Source: Escherichia coli
Lineage (GTDB): Bacteria; Pseudomonadota; Gammaproteobacteria; Enterobacterales; Enterobacteriaceae
Reading direction: 5' to 3' (one strand)
Length of the DNA: 64,000 nt
NCBI RefSeq assembly: GCF_013122565.1
Contig: NZ_CP053258.1
The notes beneath the pieces were generated by a model. That model had not been told where the DNA came from. It saw only the letters and a list, made by a program, of their open reading frames with translations, and ran no database searches. This document shows positions 50,264 to 59,003 of the stretch, in pieces. Both the position numbers and the translations under genes were made by a program. Position 1 is the first letter of the stretch, and every line of letters begins with the position of its first letter.

Positions 50264-51852
50264 GTAACAAATTTATCAGCGCCCATGAAGCGGCGCAGTT
50301 AGTCACCAGCGGCGATACCGTCTGCACCGTCGGGATGACGCTTATCGGCGCGGCAGAATCCATTTTAGCGGCCATTGAAGCGCGCTTTCTGACCGAGGGC
50401 ACACCGCGCGATCTGACATTGTTACATGCCGCAGGGCAAAGCGATCGGCAGCGCGGCATTCAGCACTTCGCCCATCAGGGAATGGTGACGCGGCTTATCG
50501 GTTCGCACTGGGGCCTTGCGCCGCGCTGGATGGCGATGATCAACAACAACGAAGTGGAAGCCTGGTGCCTGCCGCAGGGGCAGATCGTCCATCTTTATAG
50601 CGCGATGGCCGCCGGACTTACAGGGCGACTCTCCCCCGTCGGGCTGGGTACTTTTGTCGATCCGCGCATAGAAGGCGGGCGGATGAATGCCCGTACCCGC
50701 GAAAAGCCAGATCTGATTGAGCATGTGATGTTTCGCGGCGACGAGTATCTGTTTTATCCAGCCATTCCCCTGAACGTCGTCATTGTGCGCGGAACTCATG
50801 CCGATGAAGACGGCAACCTCACTACGGATGAAGAGGTCATGAAACTGGAAGTTCTGCACGCGGTTCTCGCCGCCAGACGTTACGGGGCGAAGGTGCTGGC
50901 GCAGGTGAAATATCGTGTGGCGAAAGGTTCGCTGCATCCGAAAAGCGTCACCGTTCCTGGCAACCTGATCGATGCCATTGTGGTGTGCAACGAGCCGCAG
51001 ACGGATCACCGCCAAAGCTCCAGTTGGGACTTCGATCCGGCACTGTGCGGCGATATCCAGTTGCCCGCAGCGCAGAATGCGCCGCTGCAACTCGACCTGC
51101 GCAAACTTATCGGGCGGATCGCCTGCCGCTATCTGACGCCCGGCTGTGTCATCAATCTTGGCACCGGGATCCCCAATGATGTGATTGGCGCCATCATCCA
51201 TGAAGAACAGCTCGGCGAGCAAGTCACCATCACCGTTGAATCGGGGATCTACGGTGGGCAGCAGGCGGGCGGCGTTGATTTTGGTATCGGTCGTAATCTG
51301 AGCGCGATGATAAGTCACCAGGATCAAATGCTCTATTACAACGGCGCGGGCGTCGATATCACCTTTATGGGTGCCGGCGAGATGGATCCGCACGGTCACG
51401 TCAACGCCACGCGGCTCGGTGCATCCTGCCCCGGCGCAGGCGGTTTTATCGACATCACGCAGAATGCCCGCCACGTCGTGTTCTGCTCCTCTTTTACCGC
51501 CAAAGGGCTGGAGATTGCCTGTGAAAATGGGCAGTTGCATATCCTGCGCGAAGGCGAGGTACGTAAGTTCGTCGCCGGGGTTAATCAGATTTCTTATAAC
51601 GGTGAGCTGGCCCGCAACAAAGGCCAAACCATGCATTACGTCACCGAACGGGCAGTGTTCGAACTACGTCCGCAGGGACCGGTGCTGACGGAAATCGCCC
51701 CCGGCATCGATCTTGAGCGCGACATCCTGGCACATATGGATTTTCGTCCGGCTATCGCCGGGGATCTTAAGGTAATGGACAGCCGTTTATTTGCCCCGCA
51801 GCCCTGTGGCCTGGCGGAACATCTGTCCCACAATTCATCCTCTGACTCATAA
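50260..51852 (+). CDS. Family I CoA-transferase, YdiF-like (fused subunits), 530 aa
   Basis: GTG start overlaps the ligase stop (GTGA). Blocks GTFVDPR..GG, LHPKSV..PG.L.D and ITERAVF.L...G..L.EIAPG.DL..DIL..MDF.P.I...LK.MD.RLF match my recollection of E. coli YdiF. Confidence 0.75.
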   Translation: MSNKFISAHEAAQLVTSGDTVCTVGMTLIGAAESILAAIEARFLTEGTPRDLTLLHAAGQSDRQRGIQHFAHQGMVTRLIGSHWGLAPRWMAMINNNEVEAWCLPQGQIVHLYSAMAAGLTGRLSPVGLGTFVDPRIEGGRMNARTREKPDLIEHVMFRGDEYLFYPAIPLNVVIVRGTHADEDGNLTTDEEVMKLEVLHAVLAARRYGAKVLAQVKYRVAKGSLHPKSVTVPGNLIDAIVVCNEPQTDHRQSSSWDFDPALCGDIQLPAAQNAPLQLDLRKLIGRIACRYLTPGCVINLGTGIPNDVIGAIIHEEQLGEQVTITVESGIYGGQQAGGVDFGIGRNLSAMISHQDQMLYYNGAGVDITFMGAGEMDPHGHVNATRLGASCPGAGGFIDITQNARHVVFCSSFTAKGLEIACENGQLHILREGEVRKFVAGVNQISYNGELARNKGQTMHYVTERAVFELRPQGPVLTEIAPGIDLERDILAHMDFRPAIAGDLKVMDSRLFAPQPCGLAEHLSHNSSSDS

Positions 51853-51863
51853 GGAAATTAACT

Positions 51864-52598
51864 ATGAAACTAGCCAGTAAAACGGCCATTGTCACCGGCG
51901 CCGCGCGCGGTATCGGATTTGGTATTGCCCAGGTGCTTGCGCGAGAAGGTGCCCGAGTCATCATCGCCGACCGCGACCCACATGGCGAAGCCACTGCCGC
52001 ATCCCTGCGCGAACAGGGTGCCCAGGCGCTGTTTATCAGCTGCAATATTGGCGATAAAACGCAGGTTGAAGCGCTGTTTTCCCAAGCCGAAGAAGCGTTT
52101 GGCCCGGTGGATATTCTGGTTAATAACGCCGGTATCAACCGCGACGCCATGTTGCACAAACTCACTGAAGCGGACTGGGACACGGTGATTGACGTCAATA
52201 TGAAGGGCACGTTTCTCTGTATGCAGCAGGCGGCAATCCGTATGCGCGAGCGCGGCACGGGCCGCATTATCAATATCGCTTCCGCAAGCTGGCTTGGCAA
52301 CGTTGGGCAAACCAACTATTCGGCGTCAAAAGCGGGCGTGGTCGGGATGACTAAAACCGCCTGTCGCGAACTGGCAAAAAAAGGGGTCACGGTTAACGCC
52401 ATCTGCCCCGGTTTTATTGATACCGATATGACGCGCGGCGTCCCGGAAAACGTCTGGCAAATCATGATCAACAAAATTCCTGCGGGCTACGCCGGGGAGG
52501 CGAAAGACGTTGGCGAGTGTGTGGCGTTTCTGGCGTCCGACGGCGCGCGCTATATCAATGGTGAAGTGATTAATGTCGGCGGCGGCATGGTTCTGTAA
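51864..52598 (+). CDS. Short-chain dehydrogenase/reductase (FabG-like), 244 aa
   Basis: Cofactor motif TGAARGIGFGIA, NNAG, catalytic YSASKAG. Confidence 0.85.
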   Translation: MKLASKTAIVTGAARGIGFGIAQVLAREGARVIIADRDPHGEATAASLREQGAQALFISCNIGDKTQVEALFSQAEEAFGPVDILVNNAGINRDAMLHKLTEADWDTVIDVNMKGTFLCMQQAAIRMRERGTGRIINIASASWLGNVGQTNYSASKAGVVGMTKTACRELAKKGVTVNAICPGFIDTDMTRGVPENVWQIMINKIPAGYAGEAKDVGECVAFLASDGARYINGEVINVGGGMVL

Positions 52599-52608
52599 GG
52601 GGAAAAAG

Positions 52609-53799
52609 ATGATACAGGCTAATGATATTGTGGTGGTCAGCGGCGTCCGTACCGCTATTGGCACGTTTAATGGCAGTCTTAAGCATACCCACCAGCATGA
52701 CCTGGGGGCAGCGGTCATTCGCGAAGCGGTCAGCCGCGCCGGACTTGCGCCGAAAGATATCGATGAAGTGATCGTCGGCAACGTTGGGCAAATCGCCGAA
52801 AGCGGTTTTATCGCCCGCATCTGCCAGCTTCGGGCGGGGATCCCGCAGGAAAGTACCGCGTATTCGGTTAACCGCCAGTGCGGCTCCGGTCTACAGGCCC
52901 TGGCAGACGGCATGATGCAGCTACAAAGCGGTCAGGCCGATGTCGTCGTCGCCTGCGGAACTGAAAATATGACCCAACTGCCCTACTACCTGCGTAAAGC
53001 GCGGGATGGCTATCGCATGGGTCATGGCGAGCTGGAAGATGGTCTGATTTCTATCCTCACCTGGCCTGAAGGGCCTTATCACAACGGCATCACGGCGGAA
53101 AACGTCGCGCAACAGTTCGGGATCACCCGCGAAGCGATGGACGATTTCGCCTGGTCAAGCCAGCAGAAGGCGCTGAAAGCCATCGCGCAGGATCGCTTTC
53201 GCGAACAGATCCTGCCCCTTGAAGTGCCGGACGGCAAAAAAGCCTCCCGCCTGTTCGCGGTTGATGAACACCCGCGTGACACCCCACGCGAAAAGCTCGC
53301 CACGCTGCGACCGGCATTTAAAGCCGACGGCGTGGTGACGGCAGCCAACTCATCCGGCATTAACGACGGTGCGGCTGCGCTGGTGATGATGACCCGTCAG
53401 CAGGCGGAAAAGCGTGGCTTAACCCCACTAATGCGGATCCGCGGCTGGGCGGTTGCCGGCTGCGGCGCAGATATCATGGGCTTTGGCCCTGCTCCCGCGA
53501 CCCGGCGTCTGATGGACCGTCTCAATATGGATGTCCACGCCATAGATTTAATTGAACTCAATGAGGCCTTCGCCGCCCAGGCGCTGGCGGTGATGAACGA
53601 TCTGCGTCTCGATCCGGCCCGCGTCAACGTTAATGGCGGCGCAATCGCCCTCGGACACCCGGTGGGTGCCAGCGGTGCGATCTTGCCGGTCAAACTCATG
53701 TATGAAATGGCGCGCAGCGGTGCACGTACCGGTCTGGTCACGATGTGCATCGGCGGCGGTCAGGGAATTTCTATGCTGTTCGAGCGCGAAGGCGCTTAG
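52609..53799 (+). CDS. Thiolase (acetyl-CoA C-acetyl/acyltransferase), 396 aa
   Basis: ORF track 52573-53799. Start at ATG 52609 (MIQANDIVVVSGVRTAIG). Active-site Cys block VNRQCGSGLQA, NVNGGAIALGHPVGASG, CIGGGQG. Confidence 0.85.
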   Translation: MIQANDIVVVSGVRTAIGTFNGSLKHTHQHDLGAAVIREAVSRAGLAPKDIDEVIVGNVGQIAESGFIARICQLRAGIPQESTAYSVNRQCGSGLQALADGMMQLQSGQADVVVACGTENMTQLPYYLRKARDGYRMGHGELEDGLISILTWPEGPYHNGITAENVAQQFGITREAMDDFAWSSQQKALKAIAQDRFREQILPLEVPDGKKASRLFAVDEHPRDTPREKLATLRPAFKADGVVTAANSSGINDGAAALVMMTRQQAEKRGLTPLMRIRGWAVAGCGADIMGFGPAPATRRLMDRLNMDVHAIDLIELNEAFAAQALAVMNDLRLDPARVNVNGGAIALGHPVGASGAILPVKLMYEMARSGARTGLVTMCIGGGQGISMLFEREGA

Positions 53800-53934
53800 G
53801 AAAAGACGGCCCGAAGTGGGGCTTCGGGCCGAGCGTCGTTCGGGCCAGTACCCGGCGACAACCTATGAGCTGACGAACGGGATCGTGTCGATCCCGGCAA
53901 GGCTTCTGACCACGAATACGGGGAAATAATAACC

Positions 53935-55272
53935 ATGTCCGCAATAAATGAAAAGGTGATAAACGGGACGCAGCTACAACGCACCCATAAAAAGATCTAC
54001 CGCCATTTGATGCCGCTACTTATCGTGGCGTACATCATAAGCTTTATTGATCGTACCAATATCGGCATGGCGAAAGCGACCATGTCGGTGGATATCGGCC
54101 TTTCCGCAACCGCATTCGGCCTCGGAGCCGGGTTGTTTTTTCTCACCTACGCAGTGCTGGAGATCCCAAGCAACCTGTTTTTAACCCGAATTGGCGCGCG
54201 GCGCTGGATCGCCCGCATCATGATCACCTGGGGAATCATCTCCTGCGGCATGGCGTTTGTCACCGGACCTACGTCATTTTACGTGATGCGCTTATTGCTC
54301 GGCGCCGCCGAAGCGGGGCTGTATCCGGGCATTATCTACTACCTGACCCTTTGGTTTGGTCGCGAAGAGCGCGCGAAAGCCACCGGCCTTTTCCTGCTGG
54401 GGGTCTGTCTGGCCAATATTATCGGTGCGCCGCTGGGCGGATTGTTATTAAACCTTGATGGTATGTCCGGCTGGCACGGCTGGCAGTGGATGTTTTTTAT
54501 CGAAGGGCTGCCTGCGATACTGCTGGCGTTTGTCGTCTGGCGCAAGCTGCCGGATAAACCTGCCGATGCTCGCTGGCTGGACAGCAACGACGTGCAGGCC
54601 ATTAACGCGGTGCTGGAGAAAGAAGCGCAAGAGACGCGTCATACACCAAACCGCTTCTCCCTCAAAACCGCACTCACCACCCGCGTATTTTTGTTGCTGG
54701 TGCTGATTTACTTTACCCACCAGTTTTCAGTTTACGGCCTGAGTTATTTTCTGCCGGGGATCATTGGTAGCTGGGGCCAGCTTACGCCGCTGCAGATAGG
54801 TCTGCTGACCGCTATCCCGTGGATTGCAGCGGCGGCTGGCGGCATCCTGCTGCCGCGTTTCGCCCGGACGGAACAGCGTTCACGCAGAATGCTGATGGCC
54901 GGATACCTGGTCATGGCCACCGGCATGGCGATTGGTGCAATTTCCGGTCACGGCGTTGCGCTGCTTGGCTTCTCGCTGGCCGCTTTCATGTTCTTCGCTA
55001 TGCAATCCATCATCTTTAACTGGCTCCCCTCGATCATGAGCGGGCATATGCTGGCGGGTAGCTTCGGCCTGCTTAACTGCCTTGGTCTGTGCGGAGGCTT
55101 TCTCGGGCCGTTTATTCTCGGTGCGTTTGAGGATCGAACCGGCGCGGCAACGTCAGGTTTATGGTTCGCCGTCGGGCTGTTGATTGTCGGCGCGTTGGTA
55201 TCTCTGTTCATCAAAGGTTCGTCATCCCTGGGCCATGCTTCGGCAAAACAGGCCTGTGGCGAAAAAGCTTAA
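53935..55272 (+). CDS. MFS transporter, anion:cation symporter (ACS) family, 445 aa
   Basis: 12 predicted TM helices; N-terminal block YRHLMPLLIVAYIISFIDRTNIG typical of ACS-family organic acid permeases. Confidence 0.8.
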   Translation: MSAINEKVINGTQLQRTHKKIYRHLMPLLIVAYIISFIDRTNIGMAKATMSVDIGLSATAFGLGAGLFFLTYAVLEIPSNLFLTRIGARRWIARIMITWGIISCGMAFVTGPTSFYVMRLLLGAAEAGLYPGIIYYLTLWFGREERAKATGLFLLGVCLANIIGAPLGGLLLNLDGMSGWHGWQWMFFIEGLPAILLAFVVWRKLPDKPADARWLDSNDVQAINAVLEKEAQETRHTPNRFSLKTALTTRVFLLLVLIYFTHQFSVYGLSYFLPGIIGSWGQLTPLQIGLLTAIPWIAAAAGGILLPRFARTEQRSRRMLMAGYLVMATGMAIGAISGHGVALLGFSLAAFMFFAMQSIIFNWLPSIMSGHMLAGSFGLLNCLGLCGGFLGPFILGAFEDRTGAATSGLWFAVGLLIVGALVSLFIKGSSSLGHASAKQACGEKA

Positions 55273-55285
55273 TTAAGAGGTTCTT

Positions 55286-56164
55286 ATGCGCATCGAAGTC
55301 TTACTGGATTTAAAAACACGGCTCGGTGAAAGCCCGGTCTGGGATGTCGAACAACAGCGCCTTTGGTGGGTGGACAGCCTTGATGGACGCCTGTTTGCCT
55401 GTAATGCGCAGGGCGGCGCGATTAAGAGCTGGGATGTACGGCAGAAAATTGGCTCTTTTGCCCTACGCCAGAACGGGGAAGGCGCGGTGGTGGCGCTTCA
55501 AAATGGCGTTCATCTGCTCGACTTCGCCAGCGGCGAGCTGACGCTGCTGCACCACCCGGAAGCGGACCGCCCCTTTAACCGACTTAACGATGGCAAAGTC
55601 GATCGTCAGGGACGCTTTCTGTTCGGGTCAATGGATATGCGCGAGGAGGAGCCGAGCGGCGCGCTGTATCGCCTGGACGCCGATCTATCACTGCACGTAC
55701 TGAAGAAAAATATCATCGTCTCCAACGCCCCCTGCTGGAGTCCATCCGGCGAGACGTTTTATTTTGCCGATACCTGGTCGGGCAAAATCCGCGCCTGGGA
55801 TTACAACACCGCGACCGGAGATATCTCCGCAGAACGGCTCTTTTGCCATGTCGATCGCAGCGAAGGCGGCGCAGCGGATGGTGCTACCGTGGACAGCGAA
55901 GGGTGTCTGTGGAATGCGCTGGTCTACGCGGGCAAGTTAGTACGCTACACGCCGGAAGGGCAGATTGATCGCATCATTGAGATGCCGGTGAAAAAAGTCA
56001 CCAGTGTGATGTTCGGCGGCGAAAATCTCGACGTGCTGTACGTCACTTCAATGGCGCAGCCGCCCCTGGCGCGTTTCCCGGAAGATAATCAGTTGCGTGG
56101 CAGCCTGTTCGCCATTTACGACCTGGGCGTGACCGGCGTTGCGGAACGGCGTTTTGCCGGATAA
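55286..56164 (+). CDS. SMP-30/gluconolactonase/LRE-like protein (putative sugar-acid lactonase), 292 aa
   Basis: Six-bladed beta-propeller lactonase signatures (GESPVWD, NDGKVDRQGRF, DGATVDSEGCLWNA). Confidence 0.8.
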   Translation: MRIEVLLDLKTRLGESPVWDVEQQRLWWVDSLDGRLFACNAQGGAIKSWDVRQKIGSFALRQNGEGAVVALQNGVHLLDFASGELTLLHHPEADRPFNRLNDGKVDRQGRFLFGSMDMREEEPSGALYRLDADLSLHVLKKNIIVSNAPCWSPSGETFYFADTWSGKIRAWDYNTATGDISAERLFCHVDRSEGGAADGATVDSEGCLWNALVYAGKLVRYTPEGQIDRIIEMPVKKVTSVMFGGENLDVLYVTSMAQPPLARFPEDNQLRGSLFAIYDLGVTGVAERRFAG

Positions 56165-56254
56165 GCGAACTTTCGGTTCGCCGCGATAACCATAATACGC
56201 GGCGAACTGACTCTGACCCTGACACATGGCGGCGCGCCGTGGAGTAAAAAAACT

Positions 56255-57592
56255 ATGACAACACTCAATCAAATACCTGCCAGCAAACGCGATGGAAAAA
56301 AGCGGCTGATCCACCGTTTCTCCTGGGTTTCATTGCTGGTTTGCTGGCTTATCTGGGTGCTCAACGCCTACGATCGCGAGATGATCCTGCGCCTTGGCCC
56401 GGTGATTTCTAAGGAGTTCTCGCTCTCGCCGGAACAATGGGGGAACGTCGTAGCACTGATTATGGTGGCCCTTGCGGTGCTGGATATCCCGGGCGCCATC
56501 TGGAGCGATCGTTACGGATCAGGCTGGAAGCGAGCACGCTTTCAGGTGCCGCTGGTGCTGGGCTACACCGCGTTGTCTTTTATCTCCGGGATAAAAGCTG
56601 TCAGCCACGGTCTGACGACCTTTGTATTGCTGCGCGTTGGGGTCAACCTCGGGGCTGGCTGGGGCGAGCCCGTCGGCGTCAGCAACACCGCAGAGTGGTG
56701 GCCGAAAGAGAAACGCGGTTTCGCGCTGGGGGTGCATCATACCGGTTATCCCATTGGCGCACTGCTAAGCGGTGTCGTGGCAAGCCTGGTACTTTCCACA
56801 TTTGGCGAAGGTAACTGGCGCTACTGTTTCCTGCTGGCGCTGATCGTCGCTATTCCGCTGATGCTCTTCTGGGCGAAATATTCCACCGCCGCCCGAATCA
56901 ACACGCTTTATCAGCATATCGATAGTCAGGGAATGACGCGCCCGGCGACGCAGGAAAGCAATCATGTTGCGAAAGGCGAAGGGCTGAAAACGTTTTTACG
57001 TACCCTGCGCAATCGCAATATTTCGCTGACGGCAGGCAATACTCTGCTGACGCAGATTGTCTATATGGGCATTAACGTTGTGCTGCCGCCGTATCTTTAT
57101 CATGTCTCCGGCCTGTCGCTGGCAGCATCCGCCGGGATGAGTATTATCTTTACGCTTACTGGTACTCTGGGGCAGATAATTTGGCCCTGGCTGTCCGACA
57201 GTTTTGGTCGTAAACGTACCCTGATTGTCTGCGGTCTGTGGATGAGTATCGGCATTGCACTGTTCTATTTCGCCACGAATATGCCGCGCCTTATCGCCAT
57301 TCAGCTATTTTTTGGACTGGTGGCAAACGCCGTGTGGCCTATCTATTACGCAATGGCCTCGGACTCCGCCGAAGAACGCGCCACCTCTACTGCAAACGGA
57401 ATTATCACCACGGCAATGTTTATTGGCGGTGGCATTTCGCCATTGCTCATGGGCTGGCTAATTCAGCTTGGTGGGGGTTGGGAAAACCCGGCGGGTTATA
57501 TCTACGCCTTCTTTACGATGGCGGGATGTGCGCTGCTGGGGATGCTGTTGCAGTTAATGACCAGTGATAAAACGCCGCGCAAAGCGCATTAA
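56255..57592 (+). CDS. MFS transporter, 445 aa
   Basis: 12 predicted TM helices with MFS loop motifs (SDRYGSGWKRARF, SDSFGRKR). Confidence 0.8.
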   Translation: MTTLNQIPASKRDGKKRLIHRFSWVSLLVCWLIWVLNAYDREMILRLGPVISKEFSLSPEQWGNVVALIMVALAVLDIPGAIWSDRYGSGWKRARFQVPLVLGYTALSFISGIKAVSHGLTTFVLLRVGVNLGAGWGEPVGVSNTAEWWPKEKRGFALGVHHTGYPIGALLSGVVASLVLSTFGEGNWRYCFLLALIVAIPLMLFWAKYSTAARINTLYQHIDSQGMTRPATQESNHVAKGEGLKTFLRTLRNRNISLTAGNTLLTQIVYMGINVVLPPYLYHVSGLSLAASAGMSIIFTLTGTLGQIIWPWLSDSFGRKRTLIVCGLWMSIGIALFYFATNMPRLIAIQLFFGLVANAVWPIYYAMASDSAEERATSTANGIITTAMFIGGGISPLLMGWLIQLGGGWENPAGYIYAFFTMAGCALLGMLLQLMTSDKTPRKAH

Positions 57593-57724
57593 TTCAGGAG
57601 AACGCATGAAGATTGTTATCGCGCTGGATCCTTTTAAGAGTCGGCTCCTCGCAGACGCTGCGGAGAATGTTATACGAACCTTTGTGAGCGGACGACGCAA
57701 AGAGAAACATAAGCGGATGACCTT

Positions 57725-58882
57725 ATGATTATTACGACGGCGCTGGCTAATGAAATTGTCACCAGGGCGATGGCAATCATTCATCATAACGTGAACGTAA
57801 TTGACCATTATGGACAGATCATTGCCTCAGGTGAACGGCATCGTATCGGCGAGCAACATGAAATCGCCCGTGAGGTGATACGCACGGGTAAACGCATTTG
57901 TATTAACAACGCTGCTGAAGCCGCGCGTTTTAAGAATGTGCTTCCGGGTATTAATCATCCCATTATCTATGACGATCGCGTGGTGATGGTTGTGGGTATC
58001 AGCGGCGATCCCGCAGCGATCAGCCGCTATGCTGAACTGGCGGTGCTCACCGCCGAGCTGCTGGTCCGCCAGGCCGCCGAGATGCAAGAAACCAACTGGC
58101 GACAGCGCCTGCGCGATACCTTGTTTTGTCAGTATCTTGAGCAAGGTACCTCGCCCGCCGGGCAGGAATCACTCCATCGCCTGCTCGAAACTGGCTTCGC
58201 TTTTGATGCGCCGCTGGTACCAGTCGTCGTATCAGTGCAGGTTGAGCAGCACCAGCTAAGCGAAATTTTAAGTACGCTGCTGCGGGAGTTCTCCCGGTTG
58301 GCCGGGGTAAGAGACGTTATTTTGCTCGGCAGCAATGAGATTTTACTCCTCAATACGCTGAGCGAACCGCAGGAAACATTGCTGCGCAGCATTGAGTTTG
58401 TTCTTAGCAATCAGATCAGTCATTACCATATCGGGATAGGCGTACAGGCGGATAGCGCCCCGGATATTCGCGAGGCCATCAGATTCGCCCGTTCGGTGAT
58501 TGAAGTTGGGAGCAAAGTGCAGCCACAGCGGCAGATCTACTATTTTCGCGAAATGGCCATGCTCTGCCTGTTCCGGGTACTGGAAGACAGCTATATGGTG
58601 AATTTTTTTATCAATAATGTCCGCCAGTTGCTTGAACATGATTCTGGCGAAGTGCTGCTGGATACCCTGAGCAGCTTTATTGCCAATAACGCAGAGCTGG
58701 GTAAAACATCGCTGCTGTTGGGTATTCACCGCAATACGCTCACCTATCGTCTACAGCAGATAAAAAAGCATATCCAGCTCGATCCGATGGTCTTCACCGA
58801 CCTGACGCAACTGGCGGTGTCGGTACACTGCTATCGTCGGCAGAACCCGCGCCAGAGCGAATGGATCGATAGCTTAAGTTAA
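57725..58882 (+). CDS. CdaR/PucR-family transcriptional regulator (sugar diacid regulator-like), 385 aa
   Basis: Same length and architecture as E. coli CdaR; C-terminal PucR-type HTH (LGIHRNTLTYRLQQIKKHIQLD). Confidence 0.75.
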   Translation: MIITTALANEIVTRAMAIIHHNVNVIDHYGQIIASGERHRIGEQHEIAREVIRTGKRICINNAAEAARFKNVLPGINHPIIYDDRVVMVVGISGDPAAISRYAELAVLTAELLVRQAAEMQETNWRQRLRDTLFCQYLEQGTSPAGQESLHRLLETGFAFDAPLVPVVVSVQVEQHQLSEILSTLLREFSRLAGVRDVILLGSNEILLLNTLSEPQETLLRSIEFVLSNQISHYHIGIGVQADSAPDIREAIRFARSVIEVGSKVQPQRQIYYFREMAMLCLFRVLEDSYMVNFFINNVRQLLEHDSGEVLLDTLSSFIANNAELGKTSLLLGIHRNTLTYRLQQIKKHIQLDPMVFTDLTQLAVSVHCYRRQNPRQSEWIDSLS

Positions 58883-58933
58883 AACGCGATGGGGTCAGTT
58901 CATTATTTCAAAGAGCATAAGTACAGGAACAAA

Positions 58934-58972
58934 TGTCGGATGCGCCACTGGGCACATCCGACAATCTTTTAT
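58934..58972 (+). terminator. Rho-independent terminator after the CdaR-like gene
   Basis: tgtcggatg-N12-catccgaca stem-loop followed by atcttttatt. Confidence 0.5.
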
Positions 58973-59003
58973 TGTTCCATTGTCTCGCAAAACAAGCGTC
59001 GCA

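Noticed and set aside
46593..59003. Checked for lacI, lacZ, lacY or lacA remnants in the island
   Set aside because: No ORF of lacZ size (~1020 aa) and no translation resembling LacI (MKPVTLYDVAEYAG...) or LacY (MYYLKNTNFWMFG...) occurs here or elsewhere in the window. The lac genes are absent, not pseudogenised.
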